DNA of 64,000 nt from Eledone cirrhosa (Eukaryota), in NCBI GenBank assembly GCA_964016885.1, contig OZ024741.1, positions 130,820,001 to 130,884,000 of the forward strand, read 5' to 3'. A program made the translations under genes and the position numbers. Under the pieces are notes generated by a model, which was given only the letters and a program-made list of their open reading frames with translations, did no database searches and was not told where the DNA came from. Numbering within the stretch: the stretch's first letter is position 1; every line of letters begins with the position of its first letter. Positions 13,451 through 26,985 of this stretch are shown here, one piece after another.

Positions 13451-13830
13451 TCTTCTTCTTCTTCTTCTTCTTCTTCTTCCACTTATATGTTGGAGGAGCG
13501 TACGGGCAGAGTCCACAATCAATATTTCCAGCGGCTTCTGTCAGAAGGTAACTATCTCCAATTGATCCGGCTCGATCCCTAAGCGAGACCAGCCAAGCTC
13601 ATGGATGTTTTCCAGCCATCTTACTCGGGGTTTTACCCTTGGGTCTCCTGTCGGTTCGTTTTTCATAGTAAAATCTGTCTGGCGATTCTTTCCTTAGACA
13701 TTTTAACCACGGGCCTGAAGTATCGGAGCTTGGATCTTTCAATTCGGAAAAGTAGCTGCTCTACCTGAATCGAATTTCTGATCTCCGAGCTACGCACTCT
13801 ATCGAATAAAGTTACTACAAAGATCCTTTG
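13451..13830 (-). mobile_element. RTE-like LINE 3' fragment with a (GAA)n tail
   Basis: Minus-strand translation resembles the RTE C-terminus (LRIERSKLRYF..VVKMSKERIARQIL...RPKG); (TTC)n at 13451-13480 on plus. Confidence 0.55.
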
Positions 13831-14189
13831 GTTTTTACTGACATGCTATAATTAAGGATTCTTGATGTTCATCTGTTAATCCTCCCCACAAAAAAACACA
13901 ATATTTCTTCTGTCCCTGTTTTTTTTTTGTTGTTTTATTTTTGCTGCTTTAGTAATTTGATTTGCCTCTTTTTCATCTTTCATGGAACCGTGACTTTTAT
14001 CCACTGTGGGAATTGGGCGCTGTCTGTAAACGACATGCCTCATCTAACTTGTCTTTTATCTAGGCTTAATTATTATTTGGCCCTACTATATCTTACTATT
14101 CTTTCTGTCTATTTTCAGTTTTTTCTTACAGAGATACTTCCTTTTCATTTCCACAAGACGTTCTAATGTCTAAAGTCTGTCGTGAGCCC

Positions 14190-14447
14190 GGAAGCTCCTC
14201 GGGTCAATGGTTATCCCGGTTTCCGTGGCGTGAACTGACTGAGAGTACAAGAACCATAACTGGACAGGACCCAAGTCCTTCGCAGGGTTAAACTCCTAGC
14301 TATTGCTCGTACTCATTTGCAACGGAGTAGGCTGGAACAACGTGTAATTAATTGTTTATCTCAAGAACACAACTCACAACCAAGTCAAAAAATCGAACCC
14401 ATGACATTATGATCGTAAGTCCAACACCCTTATCACTTGGCGACATG
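14190..14447 (-). mobile_element. Second, distinct tRNA-derived SINE (degraded)
   Basis: Minus strand: A-box-like GCCAAGTGATAAGG, B-box GGGTTCGAT, then GTGTTCTTGAG core-like segment. Confidence 0.55.
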
Positions 14448-16259
14448 ACGTTGGGTTGGAATTAATGCTCGAAGCTTCTGGTCAATCCTATCCTGAAGGA
14501 AATCTGGGAAGAGATACCAAAACTACTCGTTACCCTACCTCCTCGTGTTTATCATGCAGAATAAAAGTCAACAATGTTTCTGCTTCATTTTCTGCTCTAA
14601 CCACGTTCGGGGCGATGACCGATGGTATTGAGACAACAGTGGCAAGAACAGCATCCATGATCTCTTCCACTTCCGTTGGTATTTCTATTTGTCTCTAGCC
14701 AACTCTTTTTTTTTTTTTTAACTTTTCACTTTTTAGACAGACGGTTCTGAAATTGGTCTTACTACATCCAGAAATAAATACAAAAAAATTAGCTCAGTAT
14801 TTTCCTGTGTCTGCATGTATGTGTGTAAGTAGTGACCAATAGTAAAAGCATGAAACAATCTAGGAAAGGATGTCAGGCATGCCCATCCTACCTTCTCCCT
14901 CTTTCCGAACTCCAGGCGCGAGCCGTCTAATGGTCTTAGCGGAAAGAGTCATTCCAGATCGCAGCACTCACGCCTGCGAGTGACTAACTCCATCCCGATA
15001 ACATGCTGTTTAAAACTACCAGTCTTATTGACTTTCTTTTCGTTCCAATCATTAATAATCTTGTAGATGAATTAATTTTATTTTACAAAGCTGTTTATAC
15101 AGAAACAAAACACACTATTAGAGGGAACAAGAGAGGGAGAGAGAGAGAGAGAGGGGGGGGGGGAATGAAACAAAGAAAAGAAAAAAAGGTATTTAGCAGC
15201 AAAAGAAAGGGTGGGGACAGATTGTACATCCCAGTGTGAGCGGTGCTTTAGTCTCGCCTCACAGAGAAAATGGCAAAGGCTTTACCGCGGAGAATAGCCA
15301 AAGACACCCGCTGCAACATCACCCTACCTCAGAGGGCTCCTTCCTCAAGCGGGTCACCATCTTTCCGATTTTATGGACACTGGTACATAGAGAAAGCGGA
15401 TGGTTAGGCCCCAGTATTTAACAATCTTCCACTTCTCATTTCTTGGGACAGCAGAGCCATGGTTTGTGCGTAAAGTGACAAGGCTGCGGTGCATGGGGTT
15501 TATTAATAACTGGAAGTCTATTCAAGCGCTTCCTCAACACATGTTGTGAGTTAATTTTAACTTCAATACCTGCTCGCTCTGTACTGCAAAGTAGACGACA
15601 AACTTAAGATCCACATCGGCACCAATATCTCTATATATAATCCATAAAATTTTGAAAGTTGACGGTGGGACTAGTCTATTAGCAGGCGTGTAGAACTGTG
15701 CCCTTCATGCTTTCTCGCATTCTCATAAATTGTAAAAAATCACACGCTTCCATATACCCTGTCTCGTTCGAATTTGCATTCATCCATCTACACATCAACC
15801 AGAGCTCCCTCCAACTATTTTTATTTCTATTAGTGCAGATGAAAATGGTCATTATTGCGAAACAGAGGTATGTTGTTTTTCTCTTTGTCTTCTGTTAGAT
15901 AAAATCTTTAGGCAAGGAGGCACTCTTTATGGTATCACATCTAACTCACGTATTTCTTTTCTAGGAGCTGATTCGTATCTAGCACTTCCCTATAACCCGC
16001 AACGTTAGCAAAAGATGATTTCCTGATGTTGTTGGTGTTCTAGTTGCTGTTTATATTGTTTTTATCATCTAAATTAACGTTTTCAACGCACATATTTATT
16101 TGTTTGTAGTTGTTTTTCTTTTTTGTGAATTTCAATGTGTTACTATAAATGCTTGCACTTGAGACGCTGTCTGTTTAATTGTCACATTGTCTGTATTCTA
16201 AAGTGGTTTTGTATTTGAAAAAATTAAGAGTATGGGGGGGCATAGAGATTTATTTGTCA

Positions 16260-17030
16260 TTGAGATTGCTACTGCCATCATATTCCCCCACTATACCACT
16301 TCCATCACCAATATATTCTACCATTACACCACCACCACCTCCATAACCATTACACTTCACGACTACCACCCTCACCCCCTCGACTACCACATACAACCAC
16401 AATTACTATAACCAACTCCATAATATACTCTCCCCCACTATCACCACCATCACTAATAACACACCATCCACCTTCACCAACACCACCACCACTACTACCA
16501 TCATCAACATCATTGCTATTACCACCACCAACACCACCACCAACACCAACACCACCACCACCACTACTACCATCACCAACATCATTACTATTACCACCAC
16601 CACCAACACCACCACCATTACAACCACCACCACCACCACCACTACTACCATCACCAACATCATTACTATTACCACCACCACCAACACCACCACCATTACA
16701 ACCACCACCACCACCACCACTACTACCATCACCAACATCATTACTATTAACACCACCACCGCCACCACCACCATTAACCCCCACTCAAAACCACTAGGAA
16801 AACTACAACCAAAACCACCCCCCATTGCCTCCGACGCCGTAGCCGTCCCCACCGACACCACCACCACCCACACCACCGTTAACCCCCACTCAAAACCACT
16901 AGGAAAACTACAAACCCCCCCTCCCCCCATTGCCTCCGACGCCGTAGCCGTCACCACCGACACCACGACCATCATCATCATCAGCAGCAGTAGCAACAGG
17001 AGCAGCAACAACAACAACAACACGGTAGAC
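16260..17030. repeat. (ACC/ACT)n low-complexity tract with about 63-bp and about 105-bp internal tandem repeats
   Basis: TTAACCCCCACTCAAAACCACTAGGAAAACTACAA..CCCCCATTGCCTCCGACGCCGTAGCCGTC occurs twice. Confidence 0.85.
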
Positions 17031-17349
17031 CCTGCTATCATATTAACATCCTAAAGATATGACCCAAAAAAACAAGTCGAGTTGACTGATGGTGTGTGGT
17101 GGTGAGGGTGATGGTGGTGGTAGGTAACGAAGGTAGTGGGGGGTGTTGCGCTGATGATGATGTTGTTGGTCGTAGTAGTAGTAGTGGCGATGGTGGTGGT
17201 GAAACTAAAGGTGTTGCTGCTGCTGTTGTTGTTGCTACTGGTGGTGGTGGTAGTGCTGTTGGTGGTAATATTTGTGTTGTTGAGAGTAGTAATGGTAGCG
17301 GGGGCAATGGTGGTTTTGTTGTTATTTGTGGTGATGGTGATCGTGATGG

Positions 17350-19095
17350 TGATGGTGGTGGTTGTGATTGTACTTTTGTTGTTGTTATTTGTGGTGATGG
17401 TGATCGTGATGGTGGTGGCTGTGATTGTAGTTTTGTTGTTATTTGTGATGGTGGCTGTGATTGTAGTTTTGTTGTTATTTGTGATGGTGGTGGTGGTTGT
17501 GATTGTAGTTTTGTTGTTATTTGTGATGGTGGTGGTGGTGGTTGTGATTGTAGTTTTGTTGTTATTTGTGATGGTGGTGGTGGTTGTGATTGTAGTTTTG
17601 TTGTTATTTGTGATGGTGGTGGCTGTGATTGTAGTTTTGTTGTTAGTTGTGATGGTGGTGGTGGTGGTTGTGATTGTAGTTTTGTTGTTATTTGTGATGG
17701 TGGTGGTTGTGATTGTAGTTTCGTTGTTATTTGTGATGGTGGTGGTTGTGATTGTAGTTTTGTTGTTATTTGTGATGGTGGTGGTGGTTGTGATTGTAGT
17801 TTTGTTGTTATTTGTGATGGTGGTGGTTGTGATTGTAGTTTTGTTGTTATTCGTGATGGTGGTGGTGGTTGTGATTGTAGTTTTGTTGTTATTTGTGATG
17901 GTGGCTGTGATTGTAGTTTTGTTGTTATTTGTGATGGTGGTGGTGGTTGTGATTGTAGTTTTGTTGTTATTTGTGATGGTGGTGGTGGTGGTTGTGATTG
18001 TAGTTTTGTTGTTATTTGTGATGGTGGTGGTGGTTGTGATTGTAGTTTTGTTGTTATTTGTGATGGTGGTGGCTGTGATTGTAGTTTTGTTGTTAGTTGT
18101 GATGGTGGTGGTGGTGGTTGTGATTGTAGTTTTGTTGTTATTTGTGATGGTGGTGGTTGTGATTGTAGTTTCGTTGTTATTTGTGATGGTGGTGGTTGTG
18201 ATTGTAGTTTTGTTGTTATTTGTGATGGTGGTGGTGGTTGTGATTGTAGTTTTGTTGTTATTTGTGATGGTGGTGGTTGTGATTGTAGTTTTGTTGTTAT
18301 TCGTGATGGTGGTGGTGGTTGTGATTGTAGTTTTGTTGTTATTTGTGATGGTGGTGGTGGTGGTTGTGATTGTAGTTTTGTTGTTATTTGTGATGGTGGT
18401 GGTGGTTGTGATTGTAGTTTTGTTGTTATTTGTGATGGTGGTGGCTGTGATTGTAGTTTTGTTGTTAGTTGTGATAGTGGTGGTGGTGGTTGTGATTGTA
18501 GTTTTGTTGTTATTTGTGATGGTGGTGGTTGTGATTGTAGTTTTGTTGTTATTTGTGATGGTGGTGGTGGTGGTTGTGATTGTAGTTTTGTTGTTATTTG
18601 TGATGGTGGTGGCTGTGATTGTAGTTTTGTTGTTATTTGTGATGGTGGTGCTGGCTGTGATTGTAGTTTTGTTGTTATTTGTGATGGTGGTGGTTGTGAT
18701 TGTAGTTTTGTTGTTATTTGTGATGGTGGTGGTGGTGCTTGTGATTGTAGTTTTGTTGTTATTTGTGATGGTGGTGGTGGTTGTGATTGTAGTTTTGTTG
18801 TTATTTGTGATGGTGGTGGTGGCTGTGATTGTAGTTTTGTTGTTATTTGTGATGGTGGTGGCTGTGATTGTAGTTTTGTTGTTATTTGTGATGGTGGTGG
18901 TGGCTGTGATTGTAGTTTTGTTGTTATTTGTGATGGTGGTGGCTGTGATTGTAGTTTTGTTGTTATTTGTGATGGTGGTGGTGGCTGTGATTGTAGTTTT
19001 GTTGTTATTTGTGATGGTGGTGGTGGTTGTGATTGTAGTTTTGTTGTTGTTATTTGTGGTGATGGTGATGGTGGTGGTTGTGATTGTAGTTTTCT
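17350..19095. repeat. Minisatellite: TGTGATTGTAGTTTTGTTGTTATTTGTGAT + (GGT)2-5, roughly 40 copies
   Basis: Seen directly; unit length varies in steps of 3 nt. Confidence 0.95.
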
Positions 19096-20389
19096 TGCTG
19101 TTATTTATAGTGATGGTGGTGGTAGTGGTGTTGGCGGTGGTGGCAATAATGATAGTTACAGAATAATGTAGGTGTTTGTAGTGATGGTGTGGAAAGAACG
19201 GGGCGTGGGGTGAGTTGAGTATGTGAATGTGTAAGCGTGTGTGAGCGTGTGTGAACTACTGTTGGTATAATGCGAAATTCGGGTGGGGTTGTTAGAAACA
19301 GAGATGGTCAGGGCTGCGGTGGGGAACGTTCAAGATGGATGGAGAGGTACTGTACTCGAATGTGGTGTGTGTAGTGTAGTGTTGGCGTGGTGGGAGTGTA
19401 TGTAAGAAAAGACACAGTGTTGGTGATCCTGGCAGGAGTCGCGGTGTAAGTCGTAGTTACGGTGCGGCAAGGGTACACTTGGTGTGGGAGGTGTAGTATA
19501 GTGTAGCGTGACAGTGTGCATAAGGGTGTGGTGGGAGTTGTAAACTGGTGCTGGTGAGAGGTGGTGGGGGTGGGGTGTAAGTACTAAAGGAAGAGGTCGA
19601 AGTGAGGCGAGGGTGTGGTTTGATTATTGCGCGGGTGTAATGGGGAGTGAGATACGATGGTGGTAGTTGTGGTAGTGATGGTAGTGGTGGTGGTGGTGGG
19701 AGGGGGGGGGGGGTCGAAAACAAACACCACCATAATAACACCACCATCACCATCACCACAACCACCAGTAACACCACCACCACTGCCACGACCACTACTA
19801 CTACTATCACGACGACGATGATGACTGTAACCTCCATCAACATCACCAACAAAAAACAGTAACAATAACAACACGCGGAACATCGCCACCGCCACTATAA
19901 CACTAACATCAACACTACAACACCAATGACAACAACAACACAGCCAGAAACAACAACATCATCCCTTCATCCCCAACACCACCACCACCACCACTAACAC
20001 CAACATAACCCCAGAACCACCATCATCATCATTACAATTTCACCACCACAACCATCGGTGCTTCAACTGCGTCACCCACAACCACCATCACAACAACAGC
20101 CTCTCATCAACTGAAAACAAAACAATATTAACTCCAATCTCGCCCTCGCAATACTAACACCACCACCATCAACCGCATCACACACATACCACCGTGAGAC
20201 CGAATCAATGAAAAAGCCTCTTCAAGATCACTCGACATGTGAGAAATAATAGTTAAATCATCCATTGTCATAAGTAACGAAGGCCATGGAGAATGTTTCC
20301 CTGGGTTCCTTTCATATGGGAAAATGTCGGTAAGGTCACGGCTAGAATGGCTTTGATCAGTGTAAACCTGTAGTTAAACAACAATAAAA

Positions 20390-20808
20390 ATAATTGTTTC
20401 TACTTTTGGCACAAGGCCAGCAATACCCAGTGCATTACTGGTACTTTATTTTATCGACCCCGTAAGGATGAAAGGCAAAGTTAACCTCGGCGGGATTTGA
20501 ACTCAGATCGAAACAACAATAGCAATAATGGTATCAGATTTAAACACAAGGACAACCCTTTTGGGGGGGACGGCAAAATCGATTAAATCAACCCCAGTAC
20601 ATTACTGATACTATATGTTATCGACCTCGTAAGGATTTTGAACGCAGAACGTAAAGGGCCTTAATTACATGCCACAATCATGTTCGACGTTCTACCGATA
20701 CTGCCAATCCACCGAAAAATAATGAAAATAATAATTATTTCTACTTTAGGCACAAGGCCAGCAATTACCCAGTGCATTACTGGTACTTTATTTTATCGAC
20801 CCCGTAAA
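20390..20808 (-). mobile_element. Three adjacent SINE copies (20390-20508, 20535-20715, 20730-20808)
   Basis: Family motifs; the first copy is flanked by an AAACAACAATA duplication. Confidence 0.85.
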
Positions 20809-20809
20809 G

Positions 20810-20900
20810 ATTTCATTTATTAGCCACAAGGGCCGACATGTATGGGACAATACAAAGACAGGGACAGTGGGGGTTTACAATAAGGTCGAGTAAAAGTGCA
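20810..20900 (-). mobile_element. Short 3'-terminal fragment of the Tx1-like family
   Basis: TTTATTAGCCACAAGGG..ACAATACAAAGAC matches the element 3' ends at 38348-38398 and 35292-35340. Confidence 0.6.
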
Positions 20901-21235
20901 CAATGGCAAGACTAATTTAACAATGAAGATATAAAAATATAAAATAATAACAATAATAATAACAACAGCAACAATAACAACGACATTATTACACACAGTC
21001 AGACAGCAAGACACATTTTCACACGCATAACTCACTCGTAAGTATTTTTCCATCTATATGTCAATCTCTATCATTATCTATCTACCAATACCCTCCCCCT
21101 CACACACACATATATGCATATACAGGCGCGTATGCGTACACATTGTGATCATCATCACCATCGCCGTCATCATTGGCGTTATCATCATCATACTCATCAT
21201 CCTCGTCACCATCGTCATTATTTGAAGTAGAGTTA

Positions 21236-21452
21236 GGGCAGCGGATTGGCAGTATCAGTAGAGCGTCGGACAACATGCTTCGTGGCATAGAATTACGGGC
21301 CTTTACGTTCTGAGTTCAAATCCCGCTCAGATTAGTTTTGTCTTTCATCCTTATGGGGTCGACAAAATAAAGCACCAGTAATACACTGGGTCGATTTAAT
21401 CGACTTTCCCCTCCCTTTCAATTTGCTGGCCTGGTGCCCAAGGTAGAAACAA
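21236..21452 (+). mobile_element. Full-length SINE with 15-bp TSD ATTATTTGAAGTAGA
   Basis: A box TGGCAGTATCAG, B box GAGTTCAAATCC, and the duplication on both sides. Confidence 0.9.
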
Positions 21453-23975
21453 TTATTTGAAGTAGATTTAGTTACTAATTCTAGCGTCCCTATAGAGATC
21501 GGCTTCTTTACCCGCAATGGTTTTCTAGTTTGAAGGTAACCTCGAGTTAATTTGGTTTGGCCAAAGATTTTGTGGTCTTGGTCGTTGAAAAAGAAGTTGA
21601 GGGTCCGACAAAAGATCCGGTTAACCAAACGACTCGGGTCACATATGGATGAGACTTCAAGCGAAACTCAAACCATTTCTATTTAAGCTGGATGTATGGT
21701 TCCATTAAAACCTTGCGGAGCCCATCTTCTCTTCAGGTCTAAATACAGCAGATTTCTTTCAGAGAAGGGTAGAGAGAGTGGAAAAAAGGAACTGAGAAAG
21801 ATATATAGAGGGAGAATCGACTCTAGTACAGACTCGAAAGACTGAAATGCAAAGTTAACCTCGTCAGGATTTGAACTCACAGAGCAGAGAGCAGAAACGA
21901 ATACGGCAAAGAGTTCGACGTTCTAATGACTTTGCAAATTCGCCGCCTGAAGGTATTTCTAAATTTGAATAACTTTATGTGACGGAGTTTGAAAATGTTT
22001 TCCCATACATCTCCTGTGCAACATAAACACTTTGCAATGCAAATATCTTGATATGCTTACACATCCTTGGTAAATGAGCTCGTGTATATGCATAGTGACA
22101 ATGATCTTAAAAGGTGTATGTCAAGCAATGCCATTTTAGATTTAATTCATGAATTAGATTTCTTGTTTTTTTATGTCTGAAACAGTTTGACAAATTTAAC
22201 TTTTCCTGATTATCTCTGCAGCTTCAATTAAAATGAAAGACACTTTTCAGTTTGGGACAAGATTTGATCGTTTTTAAAATGCATAATGGTTGAAAACAAT
22301 TGTTTTTTCTGGCTCTTATTTCTACAGGGAAACAAACATTCGTTGATTTATTTAGAACGACAAAAAGAATTGTTGAACAACATACCAGAGAAATTACCAG
22401 ATATAAATCGATGGCAAATGAAATATATGTTTAAATGGAGCAAGTATTTATTTCTTATAAAATTATATGCACTATTGCAGCGCTTGTTTCTAGTAAAGGG
22501 ATTGCTGATTCTCCCAAAGGAAAGTTTTTCAAAAGATTTTACTATATAAACGTATTGAAATTTATGGGAAAGCTGCCTTGTTAGTCCACACGATACTAAA
22601 TATATATAGACCCAGTTCATCGTATTTTTGTTTGTTAAATAAATGTTAATAGGAGACACAGAAGTAGACTACAAGCACGAGGGTTGGATAACATCCATAA
22701 TATCGATTAGACTTGCTTGGGGAATCCAGCCGAATTATTTGGTGATATTTGCTTTCGATGGGACCGTCTTGAAGGCTTATCTAAGGACTCTACCGTCACG
22801 GTCCTACTGGAAATAAATGGGCTGAAGAAGAAGTGCCCACACACTTTGTATTTGTTCTTTCACAAATTTCTTAGAACATTTTTAAAATGAAATATTGTTG
22901 CGATATATTCTCAAAGGTCTAGATTATATTAATGAAAAAAATGTCCTTCTTTATGTATGCAGTTCCTCTTTCTTGTTATGTCCTATATATCAGACAAGGT
23001 AGTCGAAATATACAAAATATCTAAATTAACCCTTGAAAATTTATTTTCAGAAATGTATGTAAATATTTCCGATAGTATTGAGCAGCTCTAATCATATTTA
23101 CAAGACTTACAGTTAAATGAAAGACATCAGATTAAAAATTGGGTCGGATGAGTTCTTAGTCATTCAAAGCCCCTGAATGGTTACTTTATTTTCAAAACTA
23201 TACTAAGAGGAAATAATCATGTCAGTCTACATACGATGGTAAGTTATCGAGTAATTACGGCGTACACAAAAATGTCATCACTTGTTCGATTATATTGTAG
23301 TTACATGGTAATATCATTCTATTGAATATGATATTCTAAATTGTACGTTTACTCAATTTTGTAAAGAAAACATTATGCTAATTATATATATGTAGCGAGG
23401 GAAGGGACTAAAACACCTACAGAATTACTTCTCTGCCAAATGAGATATCAGCTACTGCATTTGGAGACGGGTACAGCAGCACTCCCAACACAGGTATGTG
23501 TTTACTAAGCCTTTAAGCATATATATATATATATATATATTGTTATACTTTGGGAGGGGCATGTTGCCAATAAGAAACACACGCACCAATTGCTTTCACT
23601 TCAATTTATTATAAATTAAATTTATAAATTTAGGAATTTATAAATTTCCGGTTGGTTGGTTGGTTCCACAACCAGACGATTGTTCATATATTGTCAAAGT
23701 TCTTTCGTCACACATTCTGTGACCTCTTCAGTGACTGGGGATTCTTTTCTTTGTTTTTGTGCCTCTCCTTTGTTCTGTCCTACGCCATCTTGTTTTTGTG
23801 TGTGTTGTGTGTTTAGTTTGCGCATGTGTTACATCCGGGTGGCTGTGTGTGTTTATATTTGTTTATTTATTTGTTTATTTACATGTTACTGGTTGGTTGT
23901 TTGTTCTATGTGTGTGTGTGTTTTCATTTTGTCCTTAATTGTAAGTTGTGATGTTGCTATTCCATTCGTGTTTTC

Positions 23976-24340
23976 AAAGACCTCCCTGTATAGATAAGAA
24001 ATGTATAATCTGTAAACTAAGCCCCCATATTAACTGTAAAACTAGAAATGTAGTATATAGCATAAGATGTACTGATGGACAATGTAGAGATAAGAATATA
24101 GTGTACATAGGTGAGACAGCTCGTAGTATAGGAGAACGGATAAATGAACACTGGCGAGAGCTTCAAGATAGTAAAGAAACATCTGTACTCTACTAACATG
24201 CTAAAATAGAACATAAGGGTAAATTAGAGAACATAGAAATAAAAATAGAATCTACACACAGAAAAGACGCAATGTTTTGACAAATCACAGAGGCAATAAA
24301 CGTAAATGAACTCCAAAATTAAATAGAAAACACGAATGGA
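23976..24340 (+). pseudogene. PLE GIY-YIG endonuclease C-terminal remnant
   Basis: CIDKKCIIC..NCKTRNVVYSIRC..C...YIGETARSIGERINEH..*H...*QITEA..LNRKHEW, with two stops and a frameshift. Confidence 0.88.
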
Positions 24341-24565
24341 ATAGCAACATCACAACTTACAATTAATGACAAAATAAACACATACACACACATAGAACAA
24401 ACAATCAACCAGTAACATGTAAATAAACAAATAAATAAACAAATATAAACACACACAGACACCCGGATGTAACACATGCGCAAACTAAACACACAACACA
24501 TACAAAAACAAGATGGCGTAGGACAGAACACAGGAGAGGTACAAAAACAAAGAAAAGAATCTCTA

Positions 24566-24608
24566 GTCACTGAAGAGGTCACATAATGTGTGACGAAAGA
24601 ACTTTGAC
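24566..24608 (+). ncRNA. Minimal hammerhead ribozyme motif in the PLE pseudo-LTR (mirror copy about 23693-23735 on minus; mutated copy about 34325-34367)
   Basis: GTCA-CTGAAGA-G-GTCAC...GTGAC-GAAA-GAACTT-TGAC; stem I GTCA/TGAC, stem II GTCAC/GTGAC. Confidence 0.7.
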
Positions 24609-24820
24609 AATATATGAACAATCGTCTGGTTGTGGAACCAACCAAGCAACCGGAAATTTATAAATTACTAAATTTATAAATTTAATTTATTATAAATTGA
24701 AGTGAAAGCAACTGGTGCGTGTGTTTCTTATTGGCAACATGATCCCCCTAAAGTATAACAATATCGGTTTCAACACACGTTTTCAGATAAAGAATCTTGC
24801 TAAGCAAATTCAGAAACGAA

Positions 24821-24867
<47 letters not shown>

Positions 24868-24985
24868 TATATACATATATAAAGAAAATGTACAGACGTT
24901 AATTTGAGCCACTGTAATAATGTCTCCAATGCTTATAAGCAATTAAAATAATTACTTATAAACAGACGATGAACGGAAGAAAATA

Positions 24986-25167
24986 TAATTGTTTCTACTT
25001 TTGGCACAAGGCCAGCAATCATCCAGCACATTACTGGTACTTTATTTTATCGACCCCGTAAGGATGAAAGGCAAAGTTAACCTCGGCGAGATTTGAACTC
25101 AGACCGTAAAGGAACGTAACTATGCTGGAAAGCATGGCGTCCGACTCTCTACCGATACTGCCAATCC
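24986..25167 (-). mobile_element. Near full-length SINE copy
   Basis: Family consensus through CCGATACTGCCAATCC (reverse A box). Confidence 0.9.
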
Positions 25168-26075
25168 AAATGATTAAACCATCATGATATTATTGGATGA
25201 CTAAACAAATGAGATGAAGAGTAGCAAAAATAATTTTGTGGGTAGCATATATAACAGGCATTGATTTTTGCATGTAAAGATTTCCGATAGTATTGCGCAG
25301 CTCTAATCATATTTGCAAGACTTTTATTTTGTTGATTTCTACTTGTTGATACATTCAATTATTTTCCCTGTATCGGGGATCCAATTCACATTTAGACTAC
25401 AGTAGCTTAATGACACGTTTTTATATACAGTGTGTTTAACAAAAATTAGATATCATATTGAATCCACATATCTTTGAATTTCTCATTCAAATTTTGAAGA
25501 ATAAATCTTATGCTGCTCAGCATTAACCCTGCTCAGTCGCGTTGTCCTATACTTTTTTATTTTCTGGGATATTTATATATCGAATTTTTCGAAAATCCTC
25601 TACATACTCAAAGCTTACAAACCATATCAACATTCGGATATTCAAAAGAAAATATTTCTAAATTACATACTATTTCGCGCCGATATTTGTATTAGTATAT
25701 AAATCATTGCCGTCTAAATTTTTGCTAAATGTTTTCAGTATCTCATGATTGCATTTGAGAATAAGTTCTTCAAATATTTTAAGTAGTACATTTTTATGCA
25801 ATAATATCTCTTATGCTTTAAATGAGCAAATTTGCACTTCCCCAATAGTTTCAGTTAATAATTGACCATGTTCATCATTGCGACGACAGTCGAACATTCC
25901 TGACAAAGTCTCTACACATTTCATGATTTTCCATTGCTCCTGATTTTCCATTACTACTGAGGTTTGCATCGTCTGAGAATTGATAGATGAATGTTCAAGC
26001 AGCTCTTCATCTATTGCATATTTCGTGATTTGATCCCCACAATAGTAGCTTGTGTACAATTTCCTATTTACTTCT

Positions 26076-26300
26076 CTAGCAGTGTCCTGTAACTTGAAAC
26101 CGTCTTGGAGCAATTGTAGTTATTATCTTGGGCAAGTTTTCGTGTAAACCTGCATTTATGATACGTTGACACCAGTTTAGCTTTTGTACAACCCTAAGCA
26201 TTTTAGTGTATACACCATCTACTTTCTTCTCAAGTGCTTGTGCCATCGTCCATGTACCTGATCCATACAACAACACTTAATCAACAGATGCTCTGAAGAA
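26076..26300 (-). mobile_element. RTE-like LINE C-terminal fragment
   Basis: LLYGSGTWTM...EKKVDGVYTKMLR..LNW...LPKI..TI..RRFQVTGHC. Confidence 0.75.
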
Positions 26301-26985
26301 AATCTAAATAGGCTAAATAAAGACTAAATAAGCTAAATAACTTGAGAGAAAATATATGTGATTTTAATCTAGAACATTGGCTCTACTTACTTGGTTACCT
26401 TGGATAAAACATACCTGAACAACGCAATTTTAAGATGCCACAATGTGCATCATAAATATTTCTGTAGATTTTCTGACCGATACGGAAGAGTTGATTGTTT
26501 AATATATATTTAAACTATAAGGAACCTAATTATAACAACGCCTTCTCAAAATATCAATTTAGTATTTCGTCATTTTTGACGACACAGGTACACTAGTACA
26601 TATATATATTGTGTTACAGTTAATCAAATAAAGTAAATAAATGTTATTAAATCTCTATGACTTCGGTAGGATTTGAACTCAATTACGGCTCTTTACGTTC
26701 TGAGTTCAAATCCCGCCGTCGATAAAATAAAGTAATACTAACGAACTTAGGTCGATTTAATCAACTCCCCCACCTCCAGAATTGTAAGCCATGTGTCTAA
26801 ATCAAGAACCTTTAATTCTCCACGACTTTAGATGCCATACGACATAGAGAACTATTCAGCAAATTTAGAATAAATATTAATGAGAAATATGTAACACTTA
26901 TCTACTCCGTTTTAATGTATACATTAATTCTGTACAACATACCGAACACGTTCAAATTTATTCGCGAAACGAATATATATATCTA

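Larger units (their letters stand above)
23543..24820 (+). mobile_element. 5'-truncated Penelope-like element: inverted pseudo-LTR, GIY-YIG endonuclease remnant, pseudo-LTR
   Basis: About 430-bp inverted repeats (23543-23975 vs 24326-24760); flanked by (TA)n on both sides. Confidence 0.9.

Noticed and set aside
17096-19171. Cys/Gly-rich 691-aa protein
   Set aside because: Derived from a period-3 minisatellite, with no ATG start or other gene evidence; kept only as a low-interest note.
24190-24285. In-frame TGA in the PLE GIY-YIG as selenocysteine
   Set aside because: The TGA falls where Arg is expected (R.QI.EA), not Cys, and a TAA and a frameshift are also present: ordinary decay.
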